NCBI GenBank assembly: GCA_022545545.1
Contig: JACZQV010000003.1
Location: forward strand, 1-43,158
Direction: 5' to 3'
Origin: Pseudomonadota bacterium
GTDB taxonomy: Bacteria; Pseudomonadota; Alphaproteobacteria; SMXQ01
DNA length: 43,158 bases
In this document: positions 8,269-19,300 of the stretch, one piece after another
Layout of the letters: the number at the start of each line of letters is the position of its first letter
Numbering within the stretch: position 1 is the stretch's first letter
Made by a program: the position numbers and the translations under genes
The notes under the pieces: model-generated
What the model was told of the DNA's origin: nothing
The model's input: only the letters and a program-made list of their open reading frames with translations
Database searches by the model: none

Positions 8269-10767
8269 GTGACGCCTAATACGAATTTGCCTGCCTCTCG
8301 CCTGTCGATGAGGGTGTTCGGCGCCGCCGTGCTTTGCGCCCTTTGGCCGGTGCCGGCCGAGGCCGCGACGGGCACCGAGGTCGCCATATTCAGCGCCACG
8401 GCCGGGGCGCTGCTTACCGGCCTGATCGGCGCGGCGCTTGCCGCGTACAATTACCGCCGCCGCCTCGATATCCTTATTTCCGAGACCGAAAACGCCGCCC
8501 GCCGCGCCGAGACGGCCGAGGCGCTGGTCGCCGGCGCGCCGGCGGGGTTCTGTTCCTGGAGCGTGGCCGGCGGCGCCGAGATCATCGGCCCTTCCCTGGC
8601 GGCGGTGTTGGGCGCGAAAGTCGGCGAGATCGGGGGATTGCCGGACGTGATGGCCAGGCTTGCCACCGATGACGCGGCTCGGCTCGAGGACGCGGTCGGG
8701 CGGTTGAGGAACCGCGGCGAAGAGTTCCGTTTGACGCTGGCAAGCCTTGACGGCGAGCGCGCCTTCGAGACCACGGGCAAGCGCGCCGGCGGGTCCGGGG
8801 GCGAGCCCCTCGCCGATATGGTGTGGTTTCACGATGTCAGCGAGAGGGCCCGGGAGATACGGGCTCTTTCCGGCTCGGTCGCCTCGCTCATCGCCAAGGG
8901 CGAGGAATTCAGGCGGATGCTGGACCTTGTCGACGTGCCGATCTGGTTGCGCGATCCGGACCTCGAGCTCGTGGACTGCAACGGCGCTTTCGCCCGCGCC
9001 GTGGACGCCGCCTCGCCGGCCGCCGCGATAGAGGAAAAAAGGGAGATCGCCGGCGGCCCGACGGGTTGGGGCAAGGAACTTGCGGCGCGCGCCAAGGTCA
9101 CGGGCGCCGCCGAGACCCAAAGCTTCCACACGGTGATCGATGGGCAAAGGCGGTTACTGGAAATCACCGAGTTGCCGATCGCCGAAACCGGTTCGATCGC
9201 CGGCTTTGCCGTCGACCGCACCGAACTGGAGCAGGCCGAGGACAAGATGACGCGGCACGTCGCCGCCCACGGCGAGGTCCTCGAGAAGCTCGGCACCGCC
9301 ATCGTGATCTACGGCGCCGACACGACACTGAAATTCTTCAATTCGACTTACGCCAAGCTATGGAGTCTGGACGAGGAATGGTTGCGGACCGAACCGACCC
9401 AGGGCGAGATCCTCGAGGAGCTTCGCATCCACCGCCGGCTGCCCGAACAGGCCGACTTCAGGGCGTACAAAGGGGCCCAGTCGGACCTGTTCACCTCGCT
9501 GATCGAGCCGCTGGAGGAGCTTCTGCACCTGCCCGACGAGCGGGTCCTGAGGATGGTCGTCAACCCCCACCCCTTGGGCGGGCTTCTTTACACCTATGAA
9601 GACGTCACCGACCGGATGACGCTGGAGCGCTCCTACAACACCCTGATCGCCGTGCAGCAGGAATCCCTGAACCACCTTCTCGAGGCCGTCGCCGTGTTCG
9701 GCGGGGACGGCCGGCTGAAGCTGCACAACCCGGCTTACCAGCGTATGTGGCGGTTCGAGACGGAGATGCTCAAGACCGAACCGAGGGTCACGGAACTCGT
9801 CGAGGCGGCCAAGGGCCTGTTCAAATCGGGTGATGACTGGGAGGCGTTCAAGGAAAAGGTCATCTCGCGGGCAACCGATCATTCGCCCAGGACCGGGCGG
9901 TTCGAACGCACCGACGGCACCATACTCGATTACGCCAGCGTGCCCCTTCCCGACGGCGCCGTGCTGTTCAGTTATCTCGACGTTACCGACTCCATCGAGG
10001 TCGAGCGCGCCTTGCGCGAACGCAACGAGGCCCTGGAGACCGCCGACCGGCTGAAATCGGAGTTCATCGCCAGCGTGTCCTATGCGTTGCGCACGCCGCT
10101 GACCTCCATCATCGGCTTCACCGAGATCCTCACCAACGAATATTTCGGCAAGCTGCAGCCGCGCCAGGTGGAATACACGCAAGGCATCCTCGAATCCTCG
10201 CGGCAGCTCCTGGGCCTGATCGACGATATCCTGGACCTGGCGATGATCGAGGCGGGACGGCTCGCGCTCGATCTGCAGCCGGTGGACATCCACGACATGA
10301 TGACGAGCGTACTTGGCCTCGCCAAGCAGCGCAGCGCCAACCAGGGGATCGCGCTCGAGCTCGACTGCGCCGACGATATCGGCGAGATGACCGCCGACGG
10401 GAGACGCTTGAAACAGGCGCTCTTCAACCTGCTCAGCAATTCCATCCGCTACACGCCGGCAGACGGAACGATTACCCTTTCGGCCTGGCGGAAGGATGGC
10501 GACGTGTTCCTGGAAGTCACCGATACCGGCGTTGGCATCGATGAGGAAGACCAGGCCAGGATATTCGAGAAGTTCGAGCACGGCGCGCGCAGCGAGGGCG
10601 TCTCGACGGGCATCGGCATCGGCCTCGCCCTGGTCAAGAGCTTCGTCGAACTCCATGGCGGCGATGTCAAGTTGAGGTCGAAACCGGGAAAGGGCGCGAC
10701 CGTGACCTGCCGTCTTCCCGCCGAGGCGCGCGTGGACTCGCTGCCGGATCTCGCTTCCAACGCTTGA
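8269..10767 (+). CDS. divL: DivL-like multi-PAS sensor kinase homolog with Tyr replacing the phospho-accepting His
   Basis: It has an N-terminal signal/TM region and several PAS-like segments. The DHp H-box reads RLKSEFIASVSYALRTPLTSIIGF, with TAT (Tyr) at 10081-10083 where SHELRTPL normally has His. The N-box (FNLLSNSIRYTP), G1 (DTGVGI) and G2 (GIGIGLALV) are retained. The start could alternatively be the ATG at 8308. Confidence 0.7.
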   Translation: MTPNTNLPASRLSMRVFGAAVLCALWPVPAEAATGTEVAIFSATAGALLTGLIGAALAAYNYRRRLDILISETENAARRAETAEALVAGAPAGFCSWSVAGGAEIIGPSLAAVLGAKVGEIGGLPDVMARLATDDAARLEDAVGRLRNRGEEFRLTLASLDGERAFETTGKRAGGSGGEPLADMVWFHDVSERAREIRALSGSVASLIAKGEEFRRMLDLVDVPIWLRDPDLELVDCNGAFARAVDAASPAAAIEEKREIAGGPTGWGKELAARAKVTGAAETQSFHTVIDGQRRLLEITELPIAETGSIAGFAVDRTELEQAEDKMTRHVAAHGEVLEKLGTAIVIYGADTTLKFFNSTYAKLWSLDEEWLRTEPTQGEILEELRIHRRLPEQADFRAYKGAQSDLFTSLIEPLEELLHLPDERVLRMVVNPHPLGGLLYTYEDVTDRMTLERSYNTLIAVQQESLNHLLEAVAVFGGDGRLKLHNPAYQRMWRFETEMLKTEPRVTELVEAAKGLFKSGDDWEAFKEKVISRATDHSPRTGRFERTDGTILDYASVPLPDGAVLFSYLDVTDSIEVERALRERNEALETADRLKSEFIASVSYALRTPLTSIIGFTEILTNEYFGKLQPRQVEYTQGILESSRQLLGLIDDILDLAMIEAGRLALDLQPVDIHDMMTSVLGLAKQRSANQGIALELDCADDIGEMTADGRRLKQALFNLLSNSIRYTPADGTITLSAWRKDGDVFLEVTDTGVGIDEEDQARIFEKFEHGARSEGVSTGIGIGLALVKSFVELHGGDVKLRSKPGKGATVTCRLPAEARVDSLPDLASNA

Positions 10768-10948
10768 GGAAGCCCGGCACCGGCGCCATTTCACGACCGG
10801 ATCGCCTCATGCGCGGGCGGTGCCACCGGCGTGGCACAGACGCATCGCCCCGCCGGCCGGCGGGACCGATTCGCCAGCCCCATGGGCGGCGAATTTCGTC
10901 CCTTCTGGACGGTTGCAGGCGACATCGGGGGCGGTTACAAACAAAGAG

Positions 10949-11467
10949 ATGTCCGCATCCCCACAGCCGCGGTCGCCCAGTCACGCCGTCATCGAGATCG
11001 CGCTTCCCGGTCCCGGCGATACGGCTGCCTTGGCCGGGGTGGTGGCGGGCGTGGCAGGGCGGGGCGACGTGATTGGATTGTCCGGTGATCTCGGCGCCGG
11101 CAAGACCACGTTCGCCCGCGCCTTCATCTATGCCCGCGACGAGGCGGCGGGCGCAAGTGTGCACGAGGAAGTCCCCAGTCCGACCTTCACCCTGGTGCAG
11201 ATTTACCCATGCGGGGATGTACCGGTCTGGCATTTCGATCTCTTTCGCATCGCCAGGCCCGGGGACGCGATCGAACTCGGCATCGATGAGGCGTTCTCGA
11301 CGGCGATCTCGCTCATCGAATGGCCCGAGCGTCTTGGCTCGCTCTGTCCCCGGGACCGGCTCGATATCCGCCTCGAGATGGTGGACGGGGGGGCGGCGCG
11401 AAAGGCGCGGCTGACGGGCCACGGGAGTTGGGCCGCGAGGCTCGGGCGGTTGGACCTCCATGGCTGA
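10949..11467 (+). CDS. tsaE: tRNA threonylcarbamoyladenosine (t6A) biosynthesis ATPase TsaE
   Basis: Contains GDVIGLSGDLGAGKTTFARAFI (P-loop), followed by ...SPTFTLVQIY...HFDLFRI...IEWPERL. I chose the ATG at 10949 (172 aa). The track ORF begins further upstream at 10820. Confidence 0.8.
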   Translation: MSASPQPRSPSHAVIEIALPGPGDTAALAGVVAGVAGRGDVIGLSGDLGAGKTTFARAFIYARDEAAGASVHEEVPSPTFTLVQIYPCGDVPVWHFDLFRIARPGDAIELGIDEAFSTAISLIEWPERLGSLCPRDRLDIRLEMVDGGAARKARLTGHGSWAARLGRLDLHG

Positions 11468-12470
11468 GCGTGACGCCGAGATTGCCCGGTTCCTGAACGC
11501 CAACGGGTGGGCAGAGGCGAAGCGCACGCCGCTCGCCGGCGATGCCTCTTTCCGCCGCTACATACGCCTGACGGATGGGACCCGGCGGGCGATGCTGATG
11601 GACGGACCGCCGCCGCAAGAGGACGTCCGTTCCTGGATCACCGTCGCCGAACACCTCGGCGGGCTCGGTTTCAGCGCGCCGCGGGTTTTCGCCGCCGATG
11701 CGGGCGCGGGGCTGGCGGTGATCGAGGATTTCGGCGACGACACCTATACCCGTCTGCTCGATGGCGGCGCCGACGAAAGGGCCCTCTTGGCCCTCGCCGT
11801 CGATGTCCTCATCGCGCTTCACCGCATCCCGCGGGAAAGGGCGATACCGCCGTCCTTGCCGCCCTATGACGATCGGCGCCTGTTCGAAGAAGCCGGTCTC
11901 CTGGTCGAGTGGTACGCGCCGGCGGTCATGGCCGAACTCCCCGAGGCGGCGGCGTCCGGTTATTTCGACCTTTGGCGCCAATTGCTGCCCGTTGCCCGGG
12001 CGGTGCCCGAGACCCTGGTGCTGCGCGACTTTCATGTCGACAATTTGATGGGGCTAGCGGGGCGCGAGGGAATAGAAGCCTGCGGGTTGCTGGATTTCCA
12101 GGACGCCGTCTCCGGCCCGGTAAGCTACGATCTGATCTCGCTGCTCGAGGACGCGCGCCGGGATTTTCAACCCGGCCTCGCCGACGAAATGATGGCCCGT
12201 TATCTTGCCGCCTTCCCCGATCTCGATCGCGGCGCGTTCGCCGCTTCCGCGGCCATTCTCGCCGCCCAGCGCAACGCCAAGATCATCGGCATCTTCACCC
12301 GCCTCGCCGTGCGCGACGGCAAACCCGCTTATCTCGTTCACATCCCCCGGGTCTGGCGCTTTCTCGAGGGCGACCTCGCCCACCCCGTTCTGGCGCCGAT
12401 GCATGACTGGTTCGCCGAACACTTCCCCGCCGACGCCCGCCGCATCCCGGAAGCCGGGGCGCGCCCATGA
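11460..12470 (+). CDS. Aminoglycoside-phosphotransferase-fold kinase, AmgK-like (anomeric MurNAc/GlcNAc kinase family)
   Basis: Contains LAGDASFRRYIRL and the Brenner motif LRDFHVDNLM (HxDxxxxN), then LLDFQDA. It overlaps tsaE by 8 nt and the downstream nucleotidyltransferase gene by 4 nt. Confidence 0.7.
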   Translation: MAERDAEIARFLNANGWAEAKRTPLAGDASFRRYIRLTDGTRRAMLMDGPPPQEDVRSWITVAEHLGGLGFSAPRVFAADAGAGLAVIEDFGDDTYTRLLDGGADERALLALAVDVLIALHRIPRERAIPPSLPPYDDRRLFEEAGLLVEWYAPAVMAELPEAAASGYFDLWRQLLPVARAVPETLVLRDFHVDNLMGLAGREGIEACGLLDFQDAVSGPVSYDLISLLEDARRDFQPGLADEMMARYLAAFPDLDRGAFAASAAILAAQRNAKIIGIFTRLAVRDGKPAYLVHIPRVWRFLEGDLAHPVLAPMHDWFAEHFPADARRIPEAGARP

Positions 12471-13225
12471 CGGTGCCGCAAAGGGCGATGGTGCTGGCGG
12501 CGGGTCTCGGGCTGCGCATGCGTCCACTGACCGAGAGGTTGCCCAAGCCCCTGCTTCCCGTCGCCGGGAAGGCGATGCTCGATCGCGTACTCGATCACTT
12601 GGCCCAATCGGGCGTGAGGGAGTGCGTCGTCAACACCCATCACGAGGGCGAGATGATCGCCGCCCACTTGGCGGATCGGGAGAGCCCCGAGGTACGCCTG
12701 GCGCCGGAGCCCGAATTGCTGGAGACCGGCGGCAGCGTCTTCCGCGCCCTGGATGAGTTGGGACCGGGGCCGTTCTTTGTCGTCAACGGCGACGTCATCT
12801 GGCGTGACGGCGAAGCCCCGGCGCCCAGGCGTCTGGCCGGCGCCTGGGACGAGAAGAAAATGGATGCGCTCTTGCTCCTGCAGGGGACGGCGGCCGCCAT
12901 CGGTTATGACGGCGCCGGTGATTTTTTCATCGATCCCGAGGGAGAACACCTGGGGACCCTCCACCGGCGCCAGCAGGGCGCCGGGGCGCCCTTCGTCTTC
13001 ACCGGCATCCAGCTTCTCCATCCCCGCCTGTTCGATCCGGCGCCCGACGGGCGGTTCTCGCTCAACCTCCTCTACGATGCAGCGCTTGCCAAAGGGCGGC
13101 TGTTCGGCCTCGTCCATGACGGAGAGTGGTATCATATCGGAACGCCCGAGGGTCTGGAGCTCGCGGAAAGCCATCTCGGCGCCGGCCCCGAGGAGGCGAA
13201 AAAGGCCGCCGATGACGGGCCTTGA
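12467..13225 (+). CDS. Sugar-1-phosphate nucleotidyltransferase, MurU-like
   Basis: The N-terminal signature is AMVLAAGLGLRMRPLTERLPKPLLPVAGK. About 250 aa, translationally coupled to the preceding kinase gene. Confidence 0.7.
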   Translation: MTVPQRAMVLAAGLGLRMRPLTERLPKPLLPVAGKAMLDRVLDHLAQSGVRECVVNTHHEGEMIAAHLADRESPEVRLAPEPELLETGGSVFRALDELGPGPFFVVNGDVIWRDGEAPAPRRLAGAWDEKKMDALLLLQGTAAAIGYDGAGDFFIDPEGEHLGTLHRRQQGAGAPFVFTGIQLLHPRLFDPAPDGRFSLNLLYDAALAKGRLFGLVHDGEWYHIGTPEGLELAESHLGAGPEEAKKAADDGP

Positions 13226-13234
13226 GGGCCGCCG

Positions 13235-16200
13235 GTGAACGGATCTTCGACAACGGACCGGGGCGAGAGTGCGCCGACGGTCTATACCATCCCACCAGGC
13301 ATGCCTTTCGTCGACGCCCTGGCGGCGGGGGTGTTGGCGAGGCCCGAGGCCGGCCGGCCGGACGGCGGCGGCGGGGACGCGGCGGCGGGAGTCGCCACCG
13401 CCGCCGATCTTCCCGATCCCCTGGCGCTTGCGCGCGTCACCATCCTTCTGCCGACGCGGCGCGCATGCCGTAGCCTGAGCGAGGCCTTCGGGCGCCTGAG
13501 CGCCGGCCGGCCCTTGTTGTTGCCACTGATGATGCCGCTCGGCGATCTCGATGAGGAGGAGATCGATCTCAGCGCCGCGATGGAGGCGCCGCCCGGCGCC
13601 GGCGCGACGCTTCCCCCGGCGATCCCGGGCCTGCGCCGCCAGTTGATGTTGAGCCGGCTGATCCTGGCGCGAGGGTCGAAGGCTTGGGACGAACCGCCGA
13701 CGGCCGATCAGGCGGCCCGGCTGGCGGCGGAGTTGGCAAAGCTCCTTGACCAGGTCCAGACCGAGCGTCTCGGTTTCGAGGGCCTCGCCGGCCTGGTGCC
13801 CGAGGAGTTGGCGCGCCACTGGCAGGAGACCCTCGAATTCCTTTCGATACTGACGGAAAACTGGCCGAAGATCCTCGCCGGGGAAGGGTGCCTCGATGGC
13901 GCCCAGCGCCGCAATCGGGTGATCGAGGCCCAGGCCGAGGCTTGGCGCCGTTCGCCGCCGGCCTGCCCGGTGATCGCCGCCGGCTCCACCGGCTCCATCC
14001 CGGCCACCGCCGATCTCCTGAAAGTCGTCGCCAACCTGGAGAAGGGCTGCGTCATCCTGCCGGGCCTGGACACCGGCATGGCCGATGAGGCTTGGCGGTC
14101 GCTCGCCCAAAGCCATCCCCAATACGGTCTCGCCCGCCTTCTCGATCACATCGGTGTTGCCCGCGACGCCGTCGGCGACTGGCAAGCGCCGGGCATCACC
14201 CGGACCGGCCCCGCGCGGGCGGCGCTGATCAACCGGGCCCTGCGTCCTCCCGGCGGCGGCGGTGAAGACCGCTTCAGGACGGGTGACGATGCGCTCGAGG
14301 GCGTCGTCCGTCTCGATTGCCCGTCTCCCCAGGAGGAAGCGGGCGCCATCGCCTTGATGATGCGGAGTGTCCTCGAGGAACCGGATGAGACCGCCGCCCT
14401 GGTGACGCCCGACCGCGATCTCGCCCGCCGCGTCGCGGCCGAGCTCAAGCGCTGGGGCGTCGAGGTCGATGATTCGGCGGGCGTGCCGCTGGCGGCGACC
14501 CCCGTCGGTACATTCCTGCGCCTGCTTGCGGCGATGGCGGCCAATGACGCGGCGCCGTTTTCGCTGCTTCAGGCGTTGAAGCACCCGATGGCCTCAGGCG
14601 GGTTGGCCGCGGGCGTCTTCAGGGCCAAGGTGCGCGAGCTGGAGCGAACGGTGCTCCGCGGCCCGCGCCCGGCGCCGGGCTTCGGCGGACTGCTGGACGC
14701 GCTGGCGGCGTCGGCGACCGGTCCGGGAGACGGCGGCGGCCCCGGGCGCGGGCGTCGTCGGCGGCAAACACGGCGGGGGGATCTCAGCCGCTGGCTCAAG
14801 GGAATCGCCGATGGGGCGGAACCGCTTATGCGCGCGATCACCGAACCCGCGGTTTCCTTCTCGGAAGTTCTCGAACACCATGTCGGTTTCGCCGAGACCC
14901 TGGCCACAAGCGATCGAGAGAGCGGACCCGAGCGGCTTTGGGCCGGGGAGGACGGCGAGGCGATGGCGAGTTTCGTCGCCGAACTCGACGACGCGCTCGG
15001 CGACTTTCCACCGGCCGGTGGGTGGCATTATCCGGCGCTCCTCGATGCGCTGCTCGTCGGGCGCATGGTGCGGCCCCGCTATGGTCGCCATCCCCGTCTC
15101 CATATCTGGGGGCCGCTGGAAGCGCGCCTTCAGCACGCCGATCTGGTGATCCTCGGCGGCATGAACGAAGGCACCTGGCCGCCCGAGGCGGAACCCGACC
15201 CGTGGCTGAGCCGGCCCATGCGCGAGGCCTTCGGTCTGCCCCTGCCCGAACGGCGCATCGGCCTCTCGGCCCACGATTTCGTCCAGGCGTTTTCCGCGCC
15301 CAGGGTGGCGATGACCCGCGCGACGCGGGTCGAAGGGACGCCGACGGTGCCCTCGCGCTGGTTGCTGCGCCTGGATAACCTGCTCGAGGCCGAAGGCACC
15401 CGCCCCCGGCTGCGCCAAGGCGCCGAGTGGCTCGCCTGGCAGCAGTCGCTTGACCGTCCCGAGGCCTTCGACAGCCCATCGCGTCCCGCCCCGCGTCCGC
15501 CCGTCGCCGCCCGCCCGAGAAGCCTTTCGGTGACCGAGGTCGAGACCTGGATACGGAACCCCTACGCGATCTATGCGCGACACGTGCTCAGGCTTCGCCC
15601 GCTCGATCTTATCGACGCCGATCCGGGCGCCGCCGAGCGCGGCACCTTCATCCACCGTTCTCTCGACAGGTTCGTGCGCCAATGGCCGGACAGCTTGCCC
15701 GAAGACGCCTCGGAACGGCTCCTGGATATCGGCCGCGAGGTCTTCGCCGAAGCCCTCGGCCGGCCCGGCGTCTGGGCCTTCTGGTGGCCGCGCTTCGAAC
15801 GCATCGCGCGGTGGTTCGTCGATTTCGAACGCGCCCGCCGCGCCCGGCGGCCCGCGGGCGCCCGGCTACTGGTCAGCGAAGGACGGGGGCAGCTCACCCT
15901 CGCGGGCCCCGCGGGACCGTTCGTCCTTGTCGCCAGGGCCGATCGCATCGACCGGCTCGAGGACTTCCCGCACGCAGGCGATGAAAGGGCGGATGCGTTG
16001 GCGATCATCGACTACAAGACCGGCGGCCTGCCGGCCAAGGGCGATATCGCCAAGGGGTTTTCGCCACAGCTTGGGCTGGAAGCGGCGATCGCGTCCCAAG
16101 GCGGCTTCGAGGGCGTGCCGGCGCTGCCGGTGGCGGAGCTCAGTTACTGGCGCTTGAGCGGCGGCGATCCGCCGGGCGCGGAAGCGACGCTCAGGGACGA

Positions 16201-16390
16201 TCCGGTGGAGATCGCGGCGTCGGCGCTGGCGGGATTGGAGCGATTGATCGCCGCCTTCGACGACGCATCGACGCCCTATCTCGCCCACCCGCGGCCCGCC
16301 AAGGCGCCGCGCTTCGACGATTACGGGCACCTGGCGCGAGTCAAGGAGTGGTCGAACGCCGCCGGCGACGGCGGGGGAGCGGCCTCGTGA
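13235..16390 (+). CDS. addB: Double-strand break repair protein AddB (alphaproteobacterial type)
   Basis: A 1051-aa protein with a C-terminal PD-(D/E)XK-like segment (...ALAIIDYKTGG...). It lies immediately upstream of addA and overlaps it. GTG start. Confidence 0.85.
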   Translation: MNGSSTTDRGESAPTVYTIPPGMPFVDALAAGVLARPEAGRPDGGGGDAAAGVATAADLPDPLALARVTILLPTRRACRSLSEAFGRLSAGRPLLLPLMMPLGDLDEEEIDLSAAMEAPPGAGATLPPAIPGLRRQLMLSRLILARGSKAWDEPPTADQAARLAAELAKLLDQVQTERLGFEGLAGLVPEELARHWQETLEFLSILTENWPKILAGEGCLDGAQRRNRVIEAQAEAWRRSPPACPVIAAGSTGSIPATADLLKVVANLEKGCVILPGLDTGMADEAWRSLAQSHPQYGLARLLDHIGVARDAVGDWQAPGITRTGPARAALINRALRPPGGGGEDRFRTGDDALEGVVRLDCPSPQEEAGAIALMMRSVLEEPDETAALVTPDRDLARRVAAELKRWGVEVDDSAGVPLAATPVGTFLRLLAAMAANDAAPFSLLQALKHPMASGGLAAGVFRAKVRELERTVLRGPRPAPGFGGLLDALAASATGPGDGGGPGRGRRRRQTRRGDLSRWLKGIADGAEPLMRAITEPAVSFSEVLEHHVGFAETLATSDRESGPERLWAGEDGEAMASFVAELDDALGDFPPAGGWHYPALLDALLVGRMVRPRYGRHPRLHIWGPLEARLQHADLVILGGMNEGTWPPEAEPDPWLSRPMREAFGLPLPERRIGLSAHDFVQAFSAPRVAMTRATRVEGTPTVPSRWLLRLDNLLEAEGTRPRLRQGAEWLAWQQSLDRPEAFDSPSRPAPRPPVAARPRSLSVTEVETWIRNPYAIYARHVLRLRPLDLIDADPGAAERGTFIHRSLDRFVRQWPDSLPEDASERLLDIGREVFAEALGRPGVWAFWWPRFERIARWFVDFERARRARRPAGARLLVSEGRGQLTLAGPAGPFVLVARADRIDRLEDFPHAGDERADALAIIDYKTGGLPAKGDIAKGFSPQLGLEAAIASQGGFEGVPALPVAELSYWRLSGGDPPGAEATLRDDPVEIAASALAGLERLIAAFDDASTPYLAHPRPAKAPRFDDYGHLARVKEWSNAAGDGGGAAS

Positions 16391-19300
16391 CCGCGAAGGT
16401 GGTGAAGTTCAGGGACGCCGACGCGGCCCAACGCCCGGCCGCCAACCCGGGATTGTCGCTTTGGGTCGCGGCCTCGGCGGGCACCGGCAAGACCAAGGTG
16501 TTGACCGATAGGGTGCTGGCGTTGCTGCTTAACGGCACCCGGCCCGAGAGGATCCTGTGTCTCACTTTCACCAAGGCGGCGGCGGCCGAAATGGCCAACC
16601 GCGTCCATGAGCGATTGGGCAAGTGGGCGCGGGAAGATGACGAATCCCTTGCCCGAAGCCTCGAAGGCTTGACCGGCGCCCCGGCGGATGGCGAGACGAT
16701 GTCGCGCGCCCGGCGTTTGTTCACCGATGTGCTGGAGGTTCCGGGTGGCATGAAGATCCAGACCATCCACGCCTTCTGCCAGTCACTTCTGCGGCGCTTT
16801 CCCGTGGAGGCCGACATCGCGCCCCATTTCGAGGTGATGGACGAACGCACCGCCGCCGAGGTGTTGGAGGCGGCGCGGAACGATGTGCTGAACAGTGCGC
16901 GCCAAGCCGGCGGCGAAGGCGCGGACGCGGCGCTGGCCGGCGCCTTGGCCGAGGCGACGGCTTACGTCCATGAGGACGAATTCACCGATTTGATGGCCGA
17001 CCTGGCCAAGGAAAGGGGGAGACTGCGGCGCTTGATCGAGGGTGCCGGCGGCGTCGAGGAGGTGATCGCGGCGCTCTATGAGGCGCTCGGCGCCGAGCCA
17101 GGCGAGGATGCCCGGACCATCGATGCCGCGGCATCGGCCGATGGGGCCTTCGACGGCGATGCGTTGTCAGCGGCGGTAGAGGCCCTGAACGAAGGCTCGG
17201 CGGGAGATCGCGAACGCGCCCGCGTGATCGGGCGCTGGCTTGCCGATACGGTGTCGCGCGCCGCTGCATTCGACGACTACCGGAAGGCGTATCTCACCGC
17301 CGACGGCGCTCCCCGCAAGACACTGATCACCAAAAAGGCGGCGGCGGCGGCGCCGGGCGCGGAGGCGGCGCTGAGCACCGAGGCCGAAAGGCTTCTCGAG
17401 GTGGCCGAGGACCGGAAGAAGGCGGTCGTCGCCGCCGCCACGGCCGCCGCGCTCAGCCTCGGCGCCGGGCTCCTCACCGCCTATCGGCGCCAAAAGTCCC
17501 GCCGCGCGCTTCTCGATTACGACGATCTGATCCTCATGACGCGGGATCTGTTGCGCCAGACCGACAAGGCGCCGTGGGTGCTTTTCAAGCTCGATGGCGG
17601 CCTCGACCACATCCTGATCGATGAGGCCCAGGACACCAACCCGGAGCAATGGGAGGTCATCGCCGCCCTGGCGGAGGAATTCTTCGCCGGTCTCGGGGCG
17701 CGCGAGGAGATGCGCACCGTGTTTGCCGTCGGCGACGCCAAGCAGTCGATCTACAGCTTCCAGCGCGCCGATCCGGCGGCATTCGAGGCCATGCGCGCCC
17801 AATTCCGCGCTCGCGTCGATGCCGCCGGCAAGAGGTGGCGGAACCTTGACCTCGATATCTCCTTCCGCTCGACGACGGCGGTGCTGAGTGCCATCGACGC
17901 GATCTTTTCACATCAAAGCGCCAGCGACGGCGTCGGTCCCCCGGGCCATGTGATCGAGCACATTGCCAATCGTACCGGTCAGGCCGGCATCGTCGAGTTG
18001 TGGCCACCGGCCGAGCCCGGCGAGGCGGATGAAACCGAGCCGTGGCAGGCGGCGGTGACGCCCGAGCGGATCGCGTCACCCCGTGCCCGCACCGCCCGCC
18101 TCATCGCTCGGACCATCAGGGGCTGGATCGATCGGGGTGAGATGCTGGAATCCAAGGACCGGCCCGTGCGCACCGGCGATATCATGGTCCTGGTGCGCCA
18201 GCGCACCGGCTTCGTCGAGGAACTGGTGAGGGCGCTGAAGCAGCTCTCGGTGCCGGTGGCGGGCATCGACCGCATGGTGCTGACCGATCAGCTCCCGGTC
18301 ATGGACCTCATAGCGCTTGGCCGTTTCCTGTTGCTGGCGGAGGACGATCTGACGCTGGCGACCGTGCTCAAGGGGCCGCTGATCGGGCTCGATGAGGATC
18401 GGCTTTTCACCCTCGCCCATGGCCGCGGCGAGGCAAGCCTGTGGGAGGTCCTGAAACTGAAGGCCCGGGAAGCGGAGGACGGAGACTTCGCAAGGGCGCA
18501 TTCCTATCTCGCCGGGCTTCTCGCCAGGGTCGATTATAGCCGCCCCTATGAGCTCTTCGCCGAGGTGTTGAACGCCAAGGGCGGACGCCGGAAGCTCTTG
18601 CGCCGGTTGGGGCCCGATGCCGACGATCCGCTGAACGAGTTCCTGGCGCTGGCGCTGGCTTATGAGCGTGTCGCGGCGCCGTCGCTCCAGGGCTTTCTCC
18701 ATTGGGTGGAGGCGGGCGAGGCCGAGATCAAGCGGGATCTGGAGCAAGGCGCCCGTAACGAGGTGCGGGTCATGACCGTGCACGGCGCCAAGGGTCTGCA
18801 GGCGCCCATCGTCTTCCTGCCCGATACCATGCAGGCGCCGGTGTCGAGCCCCCGCCTGTTGTGGCTGGAGCGGCCGGACATGGCGGCGCCGTTGCCCTTG
18901 TGGGCGCCGAGGCGCGGCCATGAGGACGCCCTCACCCGGTCCTTGCGCGCCGACGCCAATCTCCTGCGCGACCAGGAATACCGGCGTCTCCTTTACGTCG
19001 CCCTGACCAGGGCCGAGGACCGGCTCTATATCTGCGGTTGGCGTCAGGCCAAAACGCCGCCCGAGGGATGCTGGTACAATCTGGTCAAAGCCGGCCTCGA
19101 CGACATCGCGGAGAAAGTCGAGTTCGATTTCTCTCGCCTGGCCGGAGACCAGGACGGGGAATGGAAAGGGACGGGTCTGCGCATCGCTACGGTCCAAGGG
19201 GCGAAACCGGAACCGGAGGATGATCGCGCCGACGCCGGCGCCGGCGCCGGCGAGCTGCCATCCTGGGCCCGCGCCGAGGCGCCCGACGAGCCGGGACCGC

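Noticed and set aside
12338-14584. A 748-aa minus-strand ORF, the longest unexplained ORF in the track.
   Set aside because: It lies antisense to the murU-like and addB genes. It is extremely Arg/Gly/Pro/Ala-rich and has no domain-like motifs. This is typical GC3-driven open antisense frame.
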